NCBI GenBank assembly: GCA_052426225.1
Contig: JBNJNM010000012.1
Coordinates: forward strand, 1,860,001 to 1,924,000
Source: Zancudomyces culisetae HAW-14-8
Taxonomy: Eukaryota; Fungi; Kickxellomycota
Direction of reading: 5' to 3'
Length of the DNA stretch: 64,000 nucleotides
Made by a program: the position numbers and the translations under genes. Shown here piece after piece: positions 47,659 to 60,200 of the stretch. Every line of letters starts with the position of its first letter. Position 1 is the first letter of the stretch. The notes below the pieces were generated by a model. The model was not told where the DNA came from, ran no database searches, and saw only the letters and a list, made by a program, of their open reading frames with translations.

Positions 47659-49263
47659 CAGTGACTCAAAAAATTGTTCAAATGTTTTTGATGTTCATTC
47701 ATAAATTAGTATATCTCACGAATATTATATTGTATCACTATAAAAATTACAATTATTATACATTAATATACCATGTATTACCTATCAAAATTTTGTATAC
47801 TTGAACCAGCCAATCAACTGTAGTTATTCTTTTTGTTTAATATTTTATTTGAATAATTTTTTTGATAATATTAAAAAAATTTATAAAATTAATTAAACTA
47901 GTATTTAGTATATCCACCCCTGGCTTTCAATACTGCAAATTCTTGATGGCATGCTACTGATTAGCGACATACACTCGTCACATGTTATCTTTTTCCACTC
48001 GTCTTGTACGCGGTCCCAAAGTTCGTTTATCCCTTTTGGTGCATTTTCGTGATTTGATAGCCGTCTTTTCAAATTGACCCATAGATGTTCAATTGGATTT
48101 AGGTCAGGTGACTGTGCTGACCAGTCAAGCACCTGAATTGAGTTAGTTTGCAAGCATTCTTTAGTAATTTTCGCGGTGTGTTTTGGATCGTTATCATGCT
48201 GAAAAATTGTACTTTCCCTGTCTAAGTCGTACCACTCCATTGATTTTACCAGTTCGTCTTCAAGAATATCACAGTACAGTTCTGCATTAAGTCCGCAATC
48301 AATTATAGTGCGATATCCTGAGCCTTCAGAAGTCATGCATCCCCATATCATGATTGAACCTCCACCATGTTTTAAAGTTTTTTTAACATGGTTCGGTTTT
48401 AACTGGCTCCCTTGTTTTTTCCAGCACCACATGCGCCCATCTGACCCAAATCTGTTAATTTTAGTCTCGTCAGACCACATCACACGTTTCCAGTCTTCTA
48501 CAGTCCATTGCTGATAATTTATAGCAAATGCAAGTCGTTGTTTAATATGGCCTAATTTTAGCATAGGTTTTTTGACCTTAGGTTTTGCACTTAAACCATA
48601 TTTTTTCAAGCTATTCCGCACTGTTTGTGGAACCACATATACGAGGCCATTATTCTTGAGAAATTTTGTAACGTCTGTCGCTGTATCAAATTGTCCAGAC
48701 GTAATTTTACGAATTTTAATCGCTCATTAGCTTTTGTCAATTTATTTGGGCTGCCAGGTGGTAAATTTTTTATTTATAGACTATACTTTTTTTATATGTT
48801 GGATATTGTCCCTTTACTAATAGATAGTTTAGATGCAATTAGGCTATATGAGTATCCATTATCCAGTTGATTTATAACACTCCAAACTTTTTCATTATTG
48901 AGATTTTTCATCGTATTTATATTGATCAAAAATACATATTTTAATAATTAATGTATTGTGTAGATAATTGTAAGTTATATCTAGTAACATAAATTTTTTT
49001 AAATGAAATCTAACTTTATGAAAAGATATCATCAAAATTAATAATATTAATTTAAAACCAAATAATTGTTCAAATAAAATATTATTACAAAATGTATAAC
49101 TACAGTTGATTGGCTGGTTTAAGTATTATAAAAATTTCTTATGTTATACATGGTATATGCATGTATAATATTTGTAAAATTTATAGGGATACGATATAGT
49201 ATTCGTTAGATATAATATTTTTTAATGAACATCAAAAACATTTGAACAATTTTTTGAGTCATG
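47659..49263 (-). mobile_element. Tc1-family DNA transposon with ~200-bp imperfect TIRs, flanked by TA
   Basis: TA|CAGTGACTCAAAAAATTGTTCAAATG...CATTTGAACAATTTTTTGAGTCATG|TA. Confidence 0.93.
47905..48911 (-). pseudogene. Tc1 DD34E transposase, decayed
   Basis: WSDE, QHDND-x34-E (SPDLNPIE), HGGGSIMIWG; the N-terminal HTH part from ATG 48911 has stops and a frameshift. Confidence 0.9.
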
Positions 49264-49362
49264 TATATAAATGTAAAAAAGTAAAATGATATGATTTTAG
49301 AATGGTCGAACACCGGGATTATTATATATCCTCGAATAATCACTAGCTAATCGGGTAATGTG

Positions 49363-49435
49363 TGCCTTCTGTCGGAATCGAACCGACGACCTTCTGCTTA
49401 CTAGGCAGACGCTCTGCCAACTGAGCCAAGAAGGC
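49363..49435 (-). tRNA. tRNA-Thr (anticodon AGT), intronless
   Basis: Reverse complement GCCTTCTTGGCTCAGTTGGCAGAGCGTCTGCCTAGTAAGCAGAAGGTCGTCGGTTCGATTCCGACAGAAGGCA folds as a cloverleaf. Confidence 0.97.
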
Positions 49436-50068
49436 AATTGTGCTGTTGATTTCGTTTTCATTTTTTAGTACTAGTCCAATAGGATTTTCCCAAAAAACTT
49501 CCACTAATATCAATCACGGTTCCCTAGAAGGGTGGTTATTACTGACACAGGATTTACCATTTCTAGCCAGTTAACCACTATCTATAAAACCCCCTCGGAA
49601 AGAACACAACTGGACAATTTCCACAATTTTTGGTAAAAATAATTTTATTTAAAAGAATTCCTCCCAAAACCTGGAAAATATAGCCAAAATGGCCCTTTCC
49701 TTACACTAAAAAAATAGTATTACGCCTCTCTATATATGTTTATTTTTACTTTTAGTGTGGTTTTGGTCGGATTTACAAATTTTTCAATTTATACTAATAA
49801 TTTACTAATAAAATTGATTAAAAATAAATCCACTAATAAAGTATAAAATCGATTCGACTAAAAAATAAATCGATTTGTACTATTAAATTGGCTGTAAAAT
49901 TGACAAAAATTTATGACATGGTCATAATTTTTGTACTCTAAATTGAATTGCGCAGGAAACAATTTTTTCAAAATTGATTTCTCTGCTATTTTGCTGCAAT
50001 GAAAGCGGTAAATTTAAGTTGATGCTTTTGCATACAACAATGTCCCCCCTCCAGCTTTCGCTCCGTGA

Positions 50069-53000
50069 TTAATTCCTGTATCTTCTGATTTTAGTTCTTA
50101 AAGAACTTGGAACTACTTCGGGGACCATTCTTTCTGAATACTTGTAGGCCTTTAATCTATCGCCGTTCACTGTATTCATGTTTCCGTCTGGGTCTTTGAT
50201 CAAATACACGCCTTTTGTGTAACACTTGATGATTTCGTAAGGACCTTCCCAGATTGGGTCAAACTTGCCTCCAGGTCCACTTATTCTTTTTAATACTAGG
50301 TCTCCTTCTTTGAACTGATAACGCTTTACCACTTTGTCGTATCTCTGCTTCATTACTGACTTTGACTTTGCGTTATTTTCCATAGCTTTTTCTCTCATCT
50401 TTGGAATACTGATCTGCACGACTCTCATTCTCTGCAATATCTCTTCCTCTAAGTTATCAATTTCAGCCGGCGGCATCCAAGTTGATGGTGTTTGCATTTT
50501 TACACCATATAACATCTCTGATGGACTGAACCCAGTAGATCTGTTTTTCATTGATCTAACAACCAGTAGGGCTTTCCAAATATAACTATCCCAGTTGTCT
50601 CTGTCCATTACGCATATTTTTGCTAAGACATTCTTAAATGTTCTATGAAATCTCTCGACTTGTCCGTTAGTCTGAGGCCTGAAAGCAGTGGTTGGTGTGT
50701 GTTTTATTCCCAACTGCTTGTATAACTCCGTGGTTATTTCTGATACAAATGAACTGCCTCTGTCTGAAATTAACTGAGTTGGTACTCCAAACTCCTGTAC
50801 TACCTTACTTAACAGAAATTCTACAATGGTTTCTGACTGGAAATTTGTTACTGGTACCGCAATGGGCCACCTAGTAAAATAGTCTATCGCTGTGATGATA
50901 AATCTATTCCCAGATTTTGATATAGGGTTAATGGGTCCTACTACATCTATACCCATGATTTGGAATGGTGCAGGCGCAATTATCGGATGCATTTCCGTTC
51001 TTCTAAATTCGCCTTCTTCATATTTTTGGCACCGTTCGCATTCTTGTACCACTTCTTCTACAATTTTACGCAAGCCTCTTCCTACATATTTATTTTTCAC
51101 TCTATTGAGAGTGTTTAGAATCCCTTCGTGTCCTTCTTCATGAATTTCTCTTATCATTAACTTAGCATTGTCGCTGTGTAACACTTCTCGGATTCCTGAT
51201 TCCCTAGAGTACTTGCATACTTTACCGTTTACTAGTTTATACGGCTTTGCTCTTTTTCTTAGCTTGGCTCTGAACTCCTCATCAGCTCGTAGCGGGTAGC
51301 TGAAATCTCTGAGGTAGTTCTCAATGGCTTTATGATGTAAGACATCGATTACCATAAGTTCCTCATACTTTGTTATCTTGTTTTCCTTTTCTCCGGTCTC
51401 TACGTTCCTGGATAAATAATCAGTAGGATTATTTGGACCGCGGCAATGCTCCAATTCAAAGTCGTACTCTCTTAGAAACATGGCCCATCTAGCGACTCTT
51501 CCATTTAACTCTTGAGAATCAAAAACTTTTAACAATGCCATATGGTCGGTTCGAATCTTGAACCTCTTTCCATACAGGTAGTGCTTAAACTTTTTGACTC
51601 CCCAAACTACTGCCAATCCTTCCAAGTGTGTGATTGAGTAGTTCTGTTCATGCCTGTTGTTTGTTCTACTGGCATATGCTATGGGTCTTTCTTCCCCATT
51701 TTGTACTTGAGATAGAATTGCCCCCAATCCAATTCCAGATGCATCCGTTGTGAGTATAAATGCCTGTTCCCAATTTGGGTGTGCCAGAGTCGGTGCTTCT
51801 GTTAGTTTTTTAATTAGTGTTTTAACCGACTCTTCACAACTTGCGCTCCAAGTCCAGGGTACGTCCTTCTTTAATAGCTCTGTAAGCGGCTTTACTATCA
51901 ATGCGTATCCCTCTATAAATTTTCTGTAGTAACCTGTGAGCCCCAAGAACGATTGAATCTCTTTGACGTTCCTTGGTGCGGTTACTTTTTCCATGGCCTC
52001 TATTTTATCCTTGTTGGTAGAAATGCCATGTTTAGAGACCGTATATCCCAGATACTTGATTTCGGTCTTTGCAAACTCACATTTTTCTTTGTGGAGTTGC
52101 ACCTTGTGTTGCTTCAATAACTCAAACACTTCTCTAAGATGTTGAGTGTGGTCTTCTGTGTTCTTTGAATAGATGATTATGTCATCTACAAACACAATAG
52201 CAAACTTCCAGAGTACTTTTGCCAGTACTCGTTCCATCATCTTTTGGAATGTTGCCGGACTATTGCATAATCCAAACGGCATTACATTATAGCAATACAT
52301 ACCATCACCTGGTAATGCAAACGCGGTCTTGTGTTTATCCGCGCTGTTCATACGTACCTGCCAGAATCCACTCATGGCATCGACTACACTGAATACTCCT
52401 GCTTCTCCGAATGCTGCCAGTATGTCGTCAATTATGGGTAGAGGATAAAGATCTTTTCTGGTAATCATGTTGAGTTTGCGGTAGTCAGAACAGATCCGAA
52501 GTTTTCCGTTTTTCTTTTTGACTACAACTACCGGTGCGCACCAGTCTGATTGACATGGCTCTATGATCCCTCTTTGTTCCATAATTTTTAGTTCTTCCCT
52601 CACCTGTTCCCTTAGGTGGTGAGCTATTCTGTATGGTCGCACTCTTACTGGGTTTGAATCTCCAGTATCAATACTGTGTTCCAACACATTTGTTTGCTGG
52701 AGTTCTAGCAAGTCATCCACGAATATCTCTGCATACTCTTTGAGCACTTCTGCAATATTTTCTGGTAGTTCTTCTTTCAGTTCGCGGTTATCGACTTCCT
52801 TGATCATCGAGTAGTATTCATACTCGTTTTTCTGTTTTGGACCATCTGTTTCAGTTATCATCAGTGAAACTACAACGTCCCCTTCTACCGTTGGTAAGAG
52901 CAGCTCCATGTTGCTCAAATCGATGTTGGCCTGGTGTTTCAGTAACCAATCTGCTCCCAACACCATCCGGTTTAATCCTCCTTCCATAACTACTAAATCT

Positions 53001-54511
53001 CCTGGGAAGATGAACCCTGCTATAACAAATGGAACATCTCTGATTATTCCCAGTGTCTCATGCTTGGTGCCATCAGCGGTTATGAGCATTGAGTGATCTT
53101 TTTGCTCAATTTTTAAACCTAACATGTCCATAAATTGCTCTGAGATTACTGAACATGCTGCACCTGTATCAATAACTGTGAGCTGGTGCTTTCCAAATAC
53201 TTCAATGTAAGCTTTGCAGTTTGTGGTGGTTGTCCTATCTTCTACAATGGTGTTCAGCTCCTTGGCTTCTATCTTCTTAAAGAGATCGACCAACTCTTTC
53301 CTGATTTCGGGTGAAGACTGTAACAGTTGACCAAGTGAAATATCTGGTTTTAATTTATCCAACTCTGAACCTATCGAAAACTTTTGAATGTTCTCCGATA
53401 GTCTAATATCCATTTTCTTCCTAACTCTTAGGGTAGCTGGTTTGATTACTGGCCCCGTTTTGTTAGGTTCTTTTTGTGCCACACGGATTTTTGCATGAGC
53501 TGGCTGAAAATCCATGCCATTGTTTTCGTCTCTCTTCCGTTTGTCCACTGCATAGAGTTCCGTATCTTTGTTTCCATCTGTTTTTCTTTCTATCTCTATG
53601 CAGTTAATTTCTTGTTTTTGGTCCTTCTGCCTCTTGTAGCACGCTGCGGCCTCATGCCCTGGCCTTTTGCAGTATGTACATTCCACTTTCTTGAACGGTC
53701 TTCTTGGTTGTGGAGCAGACTTTTCAGAGTAATTGGGTCTCTTTTCTAATATAGCTAGAAGATTAAGTGAAAGCTCGTCAAACTTTTTAATCAACGCCTC
53801 GTACATATCTGGACCCTCATTAGATTTATGTACCTTCATCACCTTCCTACTAGTGCTTTTTGGTTTTTCTGATGTTTCCCTGACAGTAGGTAATATTTTC
53901 TCGACATCCTCTTCTGCCTGGATTATTGCTATGGCAGATTTGACATCCTTAACTTTGGCTTTTAAAATTTGCCTTTGATACTTGGGGTTAAGAGCGTCTA
54001 CAAAAAACTTAAGTCTGATCCGTTCGTCTTTAATATCGACTGTTGAGACCAGTTTGCTGAACTCCGTCTCAAAATCTTCAAAGTCGAGGTAGTCACTTTG
54101 TTTAAGGCTTTGCAGTTGATTCCACGCTCGTGCCTCTCTGTCTTTACCTTCAAACTTTTCCAGGAATTCCTCACGAACCTTTTTCCATTTTTCTAGTTTA
54201 GACTTATTGATCTTGTACCATCGAAGGTCTTTCCCCGTTAAAAACAATTCTAAGAAATCAATCTTGTCTTTTTCCATCCAGCTGTTGATCCTAGCCATTA
54301 GCTCATACCTATCGAGCCATTCTTCCACGTTTGTAGTAGTGTTGCTATCGAACATTGCTACATCTGGAATTCCTCTGTTGAACGTAAAGTTCATATTTAG
54401 AGGTATTCGGTCAGTTGTTGGTTCAGGAGCGCTCGTCTCCTGTACTTCGACCTCCTCTGATTCATCATCAGTAGTATCCTCTCTCAACTTTTCTGCTCTT
54501 TTACTAAACAT
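50069..54511 (-). CDS. T3 single-ORF Gag-Pol polyprotein (1480 aa), no chromodomain
   Basis: CTYCKRPGHEAAAC, DTGA, FVDD, TDAS, HHCC/DDE, WEGPY; uninterrupted. Confidence 0.96.
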   Translation of the reverse strand: MFSKRAEKLREDTTDDESEEVEVQETSAPEPTTDRIPLNMNFTFNRGIPDVAMFDSNTTTNVEEWLDRYELMARINSWMEKDKIDFLELFLTGKDLRWYKINKSKLEKWKKVREEFLEKFEGKDREARAWNQLQSLKQSDYLDFEDFETEFSKLVSTVDIKDERIRLKFFVDALNPKYQRQILKAKVKDVKSAIAIIQAEEDVEKILPTVRETSEKPKSTSRKVMKVHKSNEGPDMYEALIKKFDELSLNLLAILEKRPNYSEKSAPQPRRPFKKVECTYCKRPGHEAAACYKRQKDQKQEINCIEIERKTDGNKDTELYAVDKRKRDENNGMDFQPAHAKIRVAQKEPNKTGPVIKPATLRVRKKMDIRLSENIQKFSIGSELDKLKPDISLGQLLQSSPEIRKELVDLFKKIEAKELNTIVEDRTTTTNCKAYIEVFGKHQLTVIDTGAACSVISEQFMDMLGLKIEQKDHSMLITADGTKHETLGIIRDVPFVIAGFIFPGDLVVMEGGLNRMVLGADWLLKHQANIDLSNMELLLPTVEGDVVVSLMITETDGPKQKNEYEYYSMIKEVDNRELKEELPENIAEVLKEYAEIFVDDLLELQQTNVLEHSIDTGDSNPVRVRPYRIAHHLREQVREELKIMEQRGIIEPCQSDWCAPVVVVKKKNGKLRICSDYRKLNMITRKDLYPLPIIDDILAAFGEAGVFSVVDAMSGFWQVRMNSADKHKTAFALPGDGMYCYNVMPFGLCNSPATFQKMMERVLAKVLWKFAIVFVDDIIIYSKNTEDHTQHLREVFELLKQHKVQLHKEKCEFAKTEIKYLGYTVSKHGISTNKDKIEAMEKVTAPRNVKEIQSFLGLTGYYRKFIEGYALIVKPLTELLKKDVPWTWSASCEESVKTLIKKLTEAPTLAHPNWEQAFILTTDASGIGLGAILSQVQNGEERPIAYASRTNNRHEQNYSITHLEGLAVVWGVKKFKHYLYGKRFKIRTDHMALLKVFDSQELNGRVARWAMFLREYDFELEHCRGPNNPTDYLSRNVETGEKENKITKYEELMVIDVLHHKAIENYLRDFSYPLRADEEFRAKLRKRAKPYKLVNGKVCKYSRESGIREVLHSDNAKLMIREIHEEGHEGILNTLNRVKNKYVGRGLRKIVEEVVQECERCQKYEEGEFRRTEMHPIIAPAPFQIMGIDVVGPINPISKSGNRFIITAIDYFTRWPIAVPVTNFQSETIVEFLLSKVVQEFGVPTQLISDRGSSFVSEITTELYKQLGIKHTPTTAFRPQTNGQVERFHRTFKNVLAKICVMDRDNWDSYIWKALLVVRSMKNRSTGFSPSEMLYGVKMQTPSTWMPPAEIDNLEEEILQRMRVVQISIPKMREKAMENNAKSKSVMKQRYDKVVKRYQFKEGDLVLKRISGPGGKFDPIWEGPYEIIKCYTKGVYLIKDPDGNMNTVNGDRLKAYKYSERMVPEVVPSSLRTKIRRYRN

Positions 54512-57203
54512 TTTGATTTTGTTGTTAAACTTTAAATAATTGATAATTTTTTGTTATTTTGTAATTTTATAAATTTTATATTTTTATGTTTTTATGTTTA
54601 ATTTTTTAACAATATTTTTATTATATATTATTTTATTATAATAATTATTTTTTTTTTATTTATTTTTTTTTTATTATTATAATATTTTTGTTTTAAATTT
54701 TTAATGTATTATTATTGTTGTAGTTTGGTATTGTTTAGAAAACTTGTTAAACCGTTGAAAGTTGAATAATCTTTTAGATATAATGAATTAAATTTCGATT
54801 TTATTTGATTTGGAGTCTGATTTGATTTTTAGTATTTCGACTCAATTAATTTAAATTTTTAATCTCTTTGCTGGTTTTGATTAGTTTTACTTTGTTTTAA
54901 TTTGGACTGTGTCCCTGCTTTTTATCTGCTATGTTATTCTGACTTGTATTCATAAATTTAATTCCCAATTTAAGTTACCAAAAGTTCAGTCAGTTTTGAA
55001 GTGATGAACAGTTTGGGTTTGATGTATTACCCAACTCCCGAACGGTTTGGAAGGGAGGACCTCCCCGCCCAAAAGATTGGACATCGGATTTGTTTTACCC
55101 CCATTTCATATTTCCACACTAGATCTTTCGAACGTTGGAGGGATTTAATCTAGTGTAATAAAAGATTATTGAATTTAATCTTTTCAGTATGTTTCGGTTC
55201 CGAATAATATTAACTAGAAAGTAAAAACTAGTTAAATGATATTTACCGTTCTGAAGACGCGCCGCTCTAACAGAACTCATAAGACGACAATATTGTGCAT
55301 CTTACCTTGGTACCACTATTGGGTTTGGTTGAAATAAATAATAAATTCTACCTCACCCTAGCCCCTTGGGAATGTTGAACTTACATCACCCAATTGACTG
55401 TAGAATACCTAGGAATTGACCTCCATGGTATCCTTTACTCTTGGAGTGCTTTGCTACTCCGTAATTGGTTATACTAAGACCCCCATCTAACTTATCTATC
55501 CTTATTTTGATAGAATGGTTAGGCCGGACAAAGAGAGTAAACCAGTTCTGCTCCTGTCCCATTAATGACGTAGGTTGATTCCTGCAGGGTTATCACCTCG
55601 TAAATATTTATCTCACCTTGTTAGCTACTCAAGGTGTAGAAAGGTCCCCAGAACTGAAAGTACTCTTACCACGTAGGTTGGAGGGTTTGGAATACTTCCG
55701 TTTGTTCTACCGAACCCAAGGTGTCCCTTTTTTGGGTACTACCATTTACTGACTTACTGGGTAAACTTTTTAGTTTCCCGATAATATTAGGCTGATCTTG
55801 TTTAAATATTACTACCAAACCTAATACCAATTTAGTTCCATATTTTACGGAACTTTACCACAAAATTCCTCCACCTGTTTCATTCACTCGGTTTTGGAAT
55901 CGAGTATTTTATTACTCTTATAGTTTCTGGGTTAACTGGTAGGGTAGAAATTATATCCCCAGTTATTTCCTTACTTAAAACCAATTAAAGAAAAAATTTT
56001 TCCTTTAAAACCACCCAGGAAGTCTGATTCAGTTTCCCTAAATCTTGAAAAAGGATTTGGATAACTAACTTCAACTTCTCAAAACTTGGGAGTGTATCTG
56101 GAGATAGATACAGGATCTCCCTATTTAAAGTGTGAAGTTTATTTCTACCTTTAAACTTCTTACACTTTTACTACTGGAGTTCAACTCCAGGTAGTTTCCC
56201 AGCAAAACTGTGGCCTAGAATAAGCTTGCATATAGCTCGCTTAAACTTACCAAGTGACTTTAGTAGGTTGTTAACTCTTACCTTCCCACTGTCACTGGTA
56301 GCTTTTCCCCACTTTAAGGATGTTATTCTTAAAGTTAGCTACAAAGTTGCCGGTCTAGTAACCTATGGTCGGGCTCCTAGACTCGGTGTAGTAAGAAAAA
56401 ATTAGGATTTTTACATCCCATTATCCTCATTACTACTAGTGGCTTCTACTAAGACTAAATGGCATTGCATTTAGTCCCTAGACGCCGGTGATATGGTGTA
56501 AAACCCGCCGCAGAAATCCCCAGTACTTCTCAAAGAAGTCCGTCTCATTCCTGTTTTGAGCCCACCTTTGGTGACTTGTGTACATGTATTTTTAGGTTAC
56601 TTACACATAATTTTGCTTTTCAGCAGTAAACCCCCAGTATCCATCTTTCTTCTCTCAAGTATTGGAAGGTCTCCGTACAGCTAGCATTAACGAAAATTAA
56701 CTTTCTTTAGCTATCACCGTATCTAGGAGATTTCAATATTTGGGGAATCCAGACGAACCCGTCTCGTTTCCGTGTCAAGATCTGGAGTCAGGGGTGTTAT
56801 ATTTATTATTATTAATGTTTATTGTATGAATGTATACAAGATACTAGATACTAGATACTGAATCCAAGACAGGAAAATTGTACCCTTTTTATACTTTTTT
56901 CCAGCCTTGGTTTTTGAACAAAATCACTATGAAAACTGCGGATTAGCTAAAAATGCAAGTTAAAGAAAAACGTGTTTGATTACTAATCAAATTGGATTAG
57001 TAATCAAACAAAAATCAAACTCGAATGCTAATAAAATTAAACATGTGAAAATTATTACGTAAGAAAAATTAAGAAATAATGTGAATTTTCGGTAATGTTC
57101 TAGAATGTTGGGGAACATTCTAAACATTACTGCGGAATAAAATCAAATGATTCTAGAACGTTTTCGAACATTCTAGAATCAGTTCATGACACGACCTCCC
57201 CTC

Positions 57204-60200
57204 TTAAGGCTGAGCTCCGTGAAGCATTTGTGTTGGCTTTGGTTTTTCAGGATGGTGACGATGGAATTCAGTGACAAGATATTTTGCATTTGCTAAGTCA
57301 GAATATGTTTGCCAGGTACGTTCAGTGTCTGGGTATCCTTTCCAGTGTACCAGGTATTTGACAGTTCTACCAAATAGTTTACTATCTAGGATTTTTTCAA
57401 CTTCATATTCTTCTTGGCCATCAATATCTCAGGTGTAAGCCGTTTTGATGGTCTGTCTGGGATCAGATCTGGTTTACAAGTTTCAAGGAGATTGACGTGG
57501 AATACTGGGTGAATCTTCATTGTGTGTGGTAGCTGGAGTTTGTATGATCTTTGTCCAATCTTTTCCAATACTTTGAATGGACCAAGTTTCCGATAGTCAA
57601 GCTTCTTGCTTGGTCTTTGAGTCCTGATGTTTTTAGTTGAGAGATAGACAAGATCACCAATGTTGAAGTCAGGTTGTGATGATACTTTTCGGTTGTAGTA
57701 TTTCTCATGGTCTTCAAGGGCAAGGGAGATGTTAAATTTCAGTTCTTGATGGATATCATATAGTAGTTTGGATCTATCAGAGGAAGCAGGATTTAAAACT
57801 TGAGTACGAGGAATTGTGACTGAGAAGCGTGGATGGAAGCCATAGTTGGCGTAGAAAGGTGTGGTCTTAGTAGAAGCATGAGATGTGTTGTTGTAGGCGA
57901 ATTCGGCAATTGGTAACCACTTTGACCAATCAGTTTGTTGGTAATCAATGTAGCACCTGAGATACTGTTCCAATACTGAGTTTACGCGTTCAGTTTGTCC
58001 ATCTGTCTGAGGATGGAATGCAGTGGACATTTTCTGTTCAATATTCAGTGATTTCATTAGAGTACGCATGAATGATGAGTTGAAGGTTACACCTCTATCA
58101 GATACGATGTCGTTAGGGAGTCCATGTTTGCAGAAGATATGCTGGATAAATAGATCTGCAGTACCTTCAGCATCAATTTCATTGGTTGTGGGAACAAAAT
58201 GCGCCATCTTGGTAAGGCGATCCACAAATACACAGATTGCAGTAAAGTTATTGGATGGAGGTAGCTGAGTGATGAAGTCGACAGAAACAGATGACCAAGG
58301 TGAATCAGGAACGGGAAGTGGAGCGAGGTAGCCATATGGTTTATGGCGAGAGGATTTGTTGCGTTGACAGGTATCGCAACCAGAGATGTAGTCTTTGATA
58401 TATTTTCTCATGGTTGGCCAGTAAAAGTTGCGAGATACAAGTTCGTACGTCTTTGCATTTCCAAAGTGACCGGCAGCAGGGGAATCATGGCATTCAATCA
58501 GAATTGTTCTTTTGATGTTGTCGTCCGAGGGGATACAGATTAGTCCATCATAGTGCAGAAGATTGTCAACAAGAGTGTACTTTTCATGGGAATCAGGTTT
58601 CTTGGATAAGTCAGTGTAAATGGGTCCAAAGTACGTGTCTTTGGGTTGTAGTGACTTGATGTTGTTCATGAGCGTGGAGGACAAAGGTTCAACAGGTGTA
58701 CTAGTCATGGACTTCAAGAAGATTTCAGGAGGTAGTAAAGTTATTTTGTTTTGGTCAGTACGGGAGTCACCCCCCTTCCAAGGTTGGTCTTTCCGAGAAA
58801 GAGCATCGGCGGCAGTGTTCTGTTTTCCAGGGCGGTACTTGATGACAAAGTTGAAGTTACTGAGGTATTCTGACCATCTGACTTGGCGGCGACTAAGATT
58901 TCTGGTAGTGGAGAAGTATTCCAAGTTTTTATGGTCGGTCATAACAACGGTTGGGTGTACAGAAAATTCAAGGTAGTGACGCCAGTGAGCAAAAGCGTCG
59001 ATAATTGCTAACAGTTCCTTATCATAGATTTGATAATTCACTTCAGCAGGCAGGAGTTTCCGGGAGTAGTATGCAACAGGGTGGAGTTGTCCCTCGTTGT
59101 CATACTGGCTGCAAATGGCACCTAATGCAAAATCTGATGCATCGGTTTCGATGATACAAGGCTGGTCAGGATTGTAGTGAGCTAAGACTGGGTTACTGAT
59201 CATGGTTTCTTTTAGCAAGGCGAAAGCTTCTTCAGCTTTGGGTGTCCACTGGAATTGAACACCTTTTTTCAACAAGGCGGTGAGTGGCAGAGATATCTTG
59301 GAGTAGTTCAGAATAAAACGGCGGTAGAAGTTTGTAAGGCCAAGGAATACCTGAACGTCACGGACACAAGTTGGTGTCTTCCATTCGGTGACGCTGGATA
59401 CTTTTGATGGATCCATAGAGATTCCGTTGGGGCCAATTACAAAACCGAGGAACTGTACTGATTGTACATCAAACTCACATTTCTCTAGCTTGAGGGTGAG
59501 ATTGTGTTCCTGAAGCTTCTTCAAGACAAGGCAGACGTGGTCATAGTGCTTATCGATATCATCTGAGTAGATTAACAGATCATCGATGTACACAACAAGA
59601 AATTGATCAATGTATTCACGGAAGAGATCGTTAACAAAGGACTGGAACGTGGCTGGAGCATTCATAAGGCCAAACGGCATGACCTTATACTCGAAGTGGC
59701 CGTAGCGTGTACGAAACGCGGTCTTCCATTCTTCACCAGGCGAGATCCTGATCATGTGGTATGCGGATTTCATATCCAGCTTGGTGAATATCTTGGCTTT
59801 GCCAAGCCGATCCAAGGTTTCAGAGATGAGTGGCAAGGCTGCACGGTTGGGGACAGTGATCTTATTCAGGGCTCTATAGTCGACGCACAACCGGAGACTA
59901 CCATCTTTCTTTTTTACAAATAGGACGGGAGCCCCAGCCGGGGATTCAGAGCGTTGGATAAAACCATTGGCTAGGTTTTCCTGAATGTAGTCGTACAGGG
60001 TCTTTAGTTCCAATTGGGAGAGGTTGTACAATGGGCCATATGGTATCTTTGAGTCAGGAAGCAAAGGAATGGTATGATCATATGGACGATGTTCAGGCAG
60101 TTTGGCAGATTGGGATTCAGAGAAGACAGATTCAAACATTTTATACTTTTCAGGGATTACAGGAGTTACAGGGTTTTCAGGATTAGATTCAGAGACAAGA

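Noticed and set aside
57200-57430. Programmed loss of the chromodomain in C2c
   Set aside because: One deletion plus several clustered private substitutions looks like local decay or consensus error.
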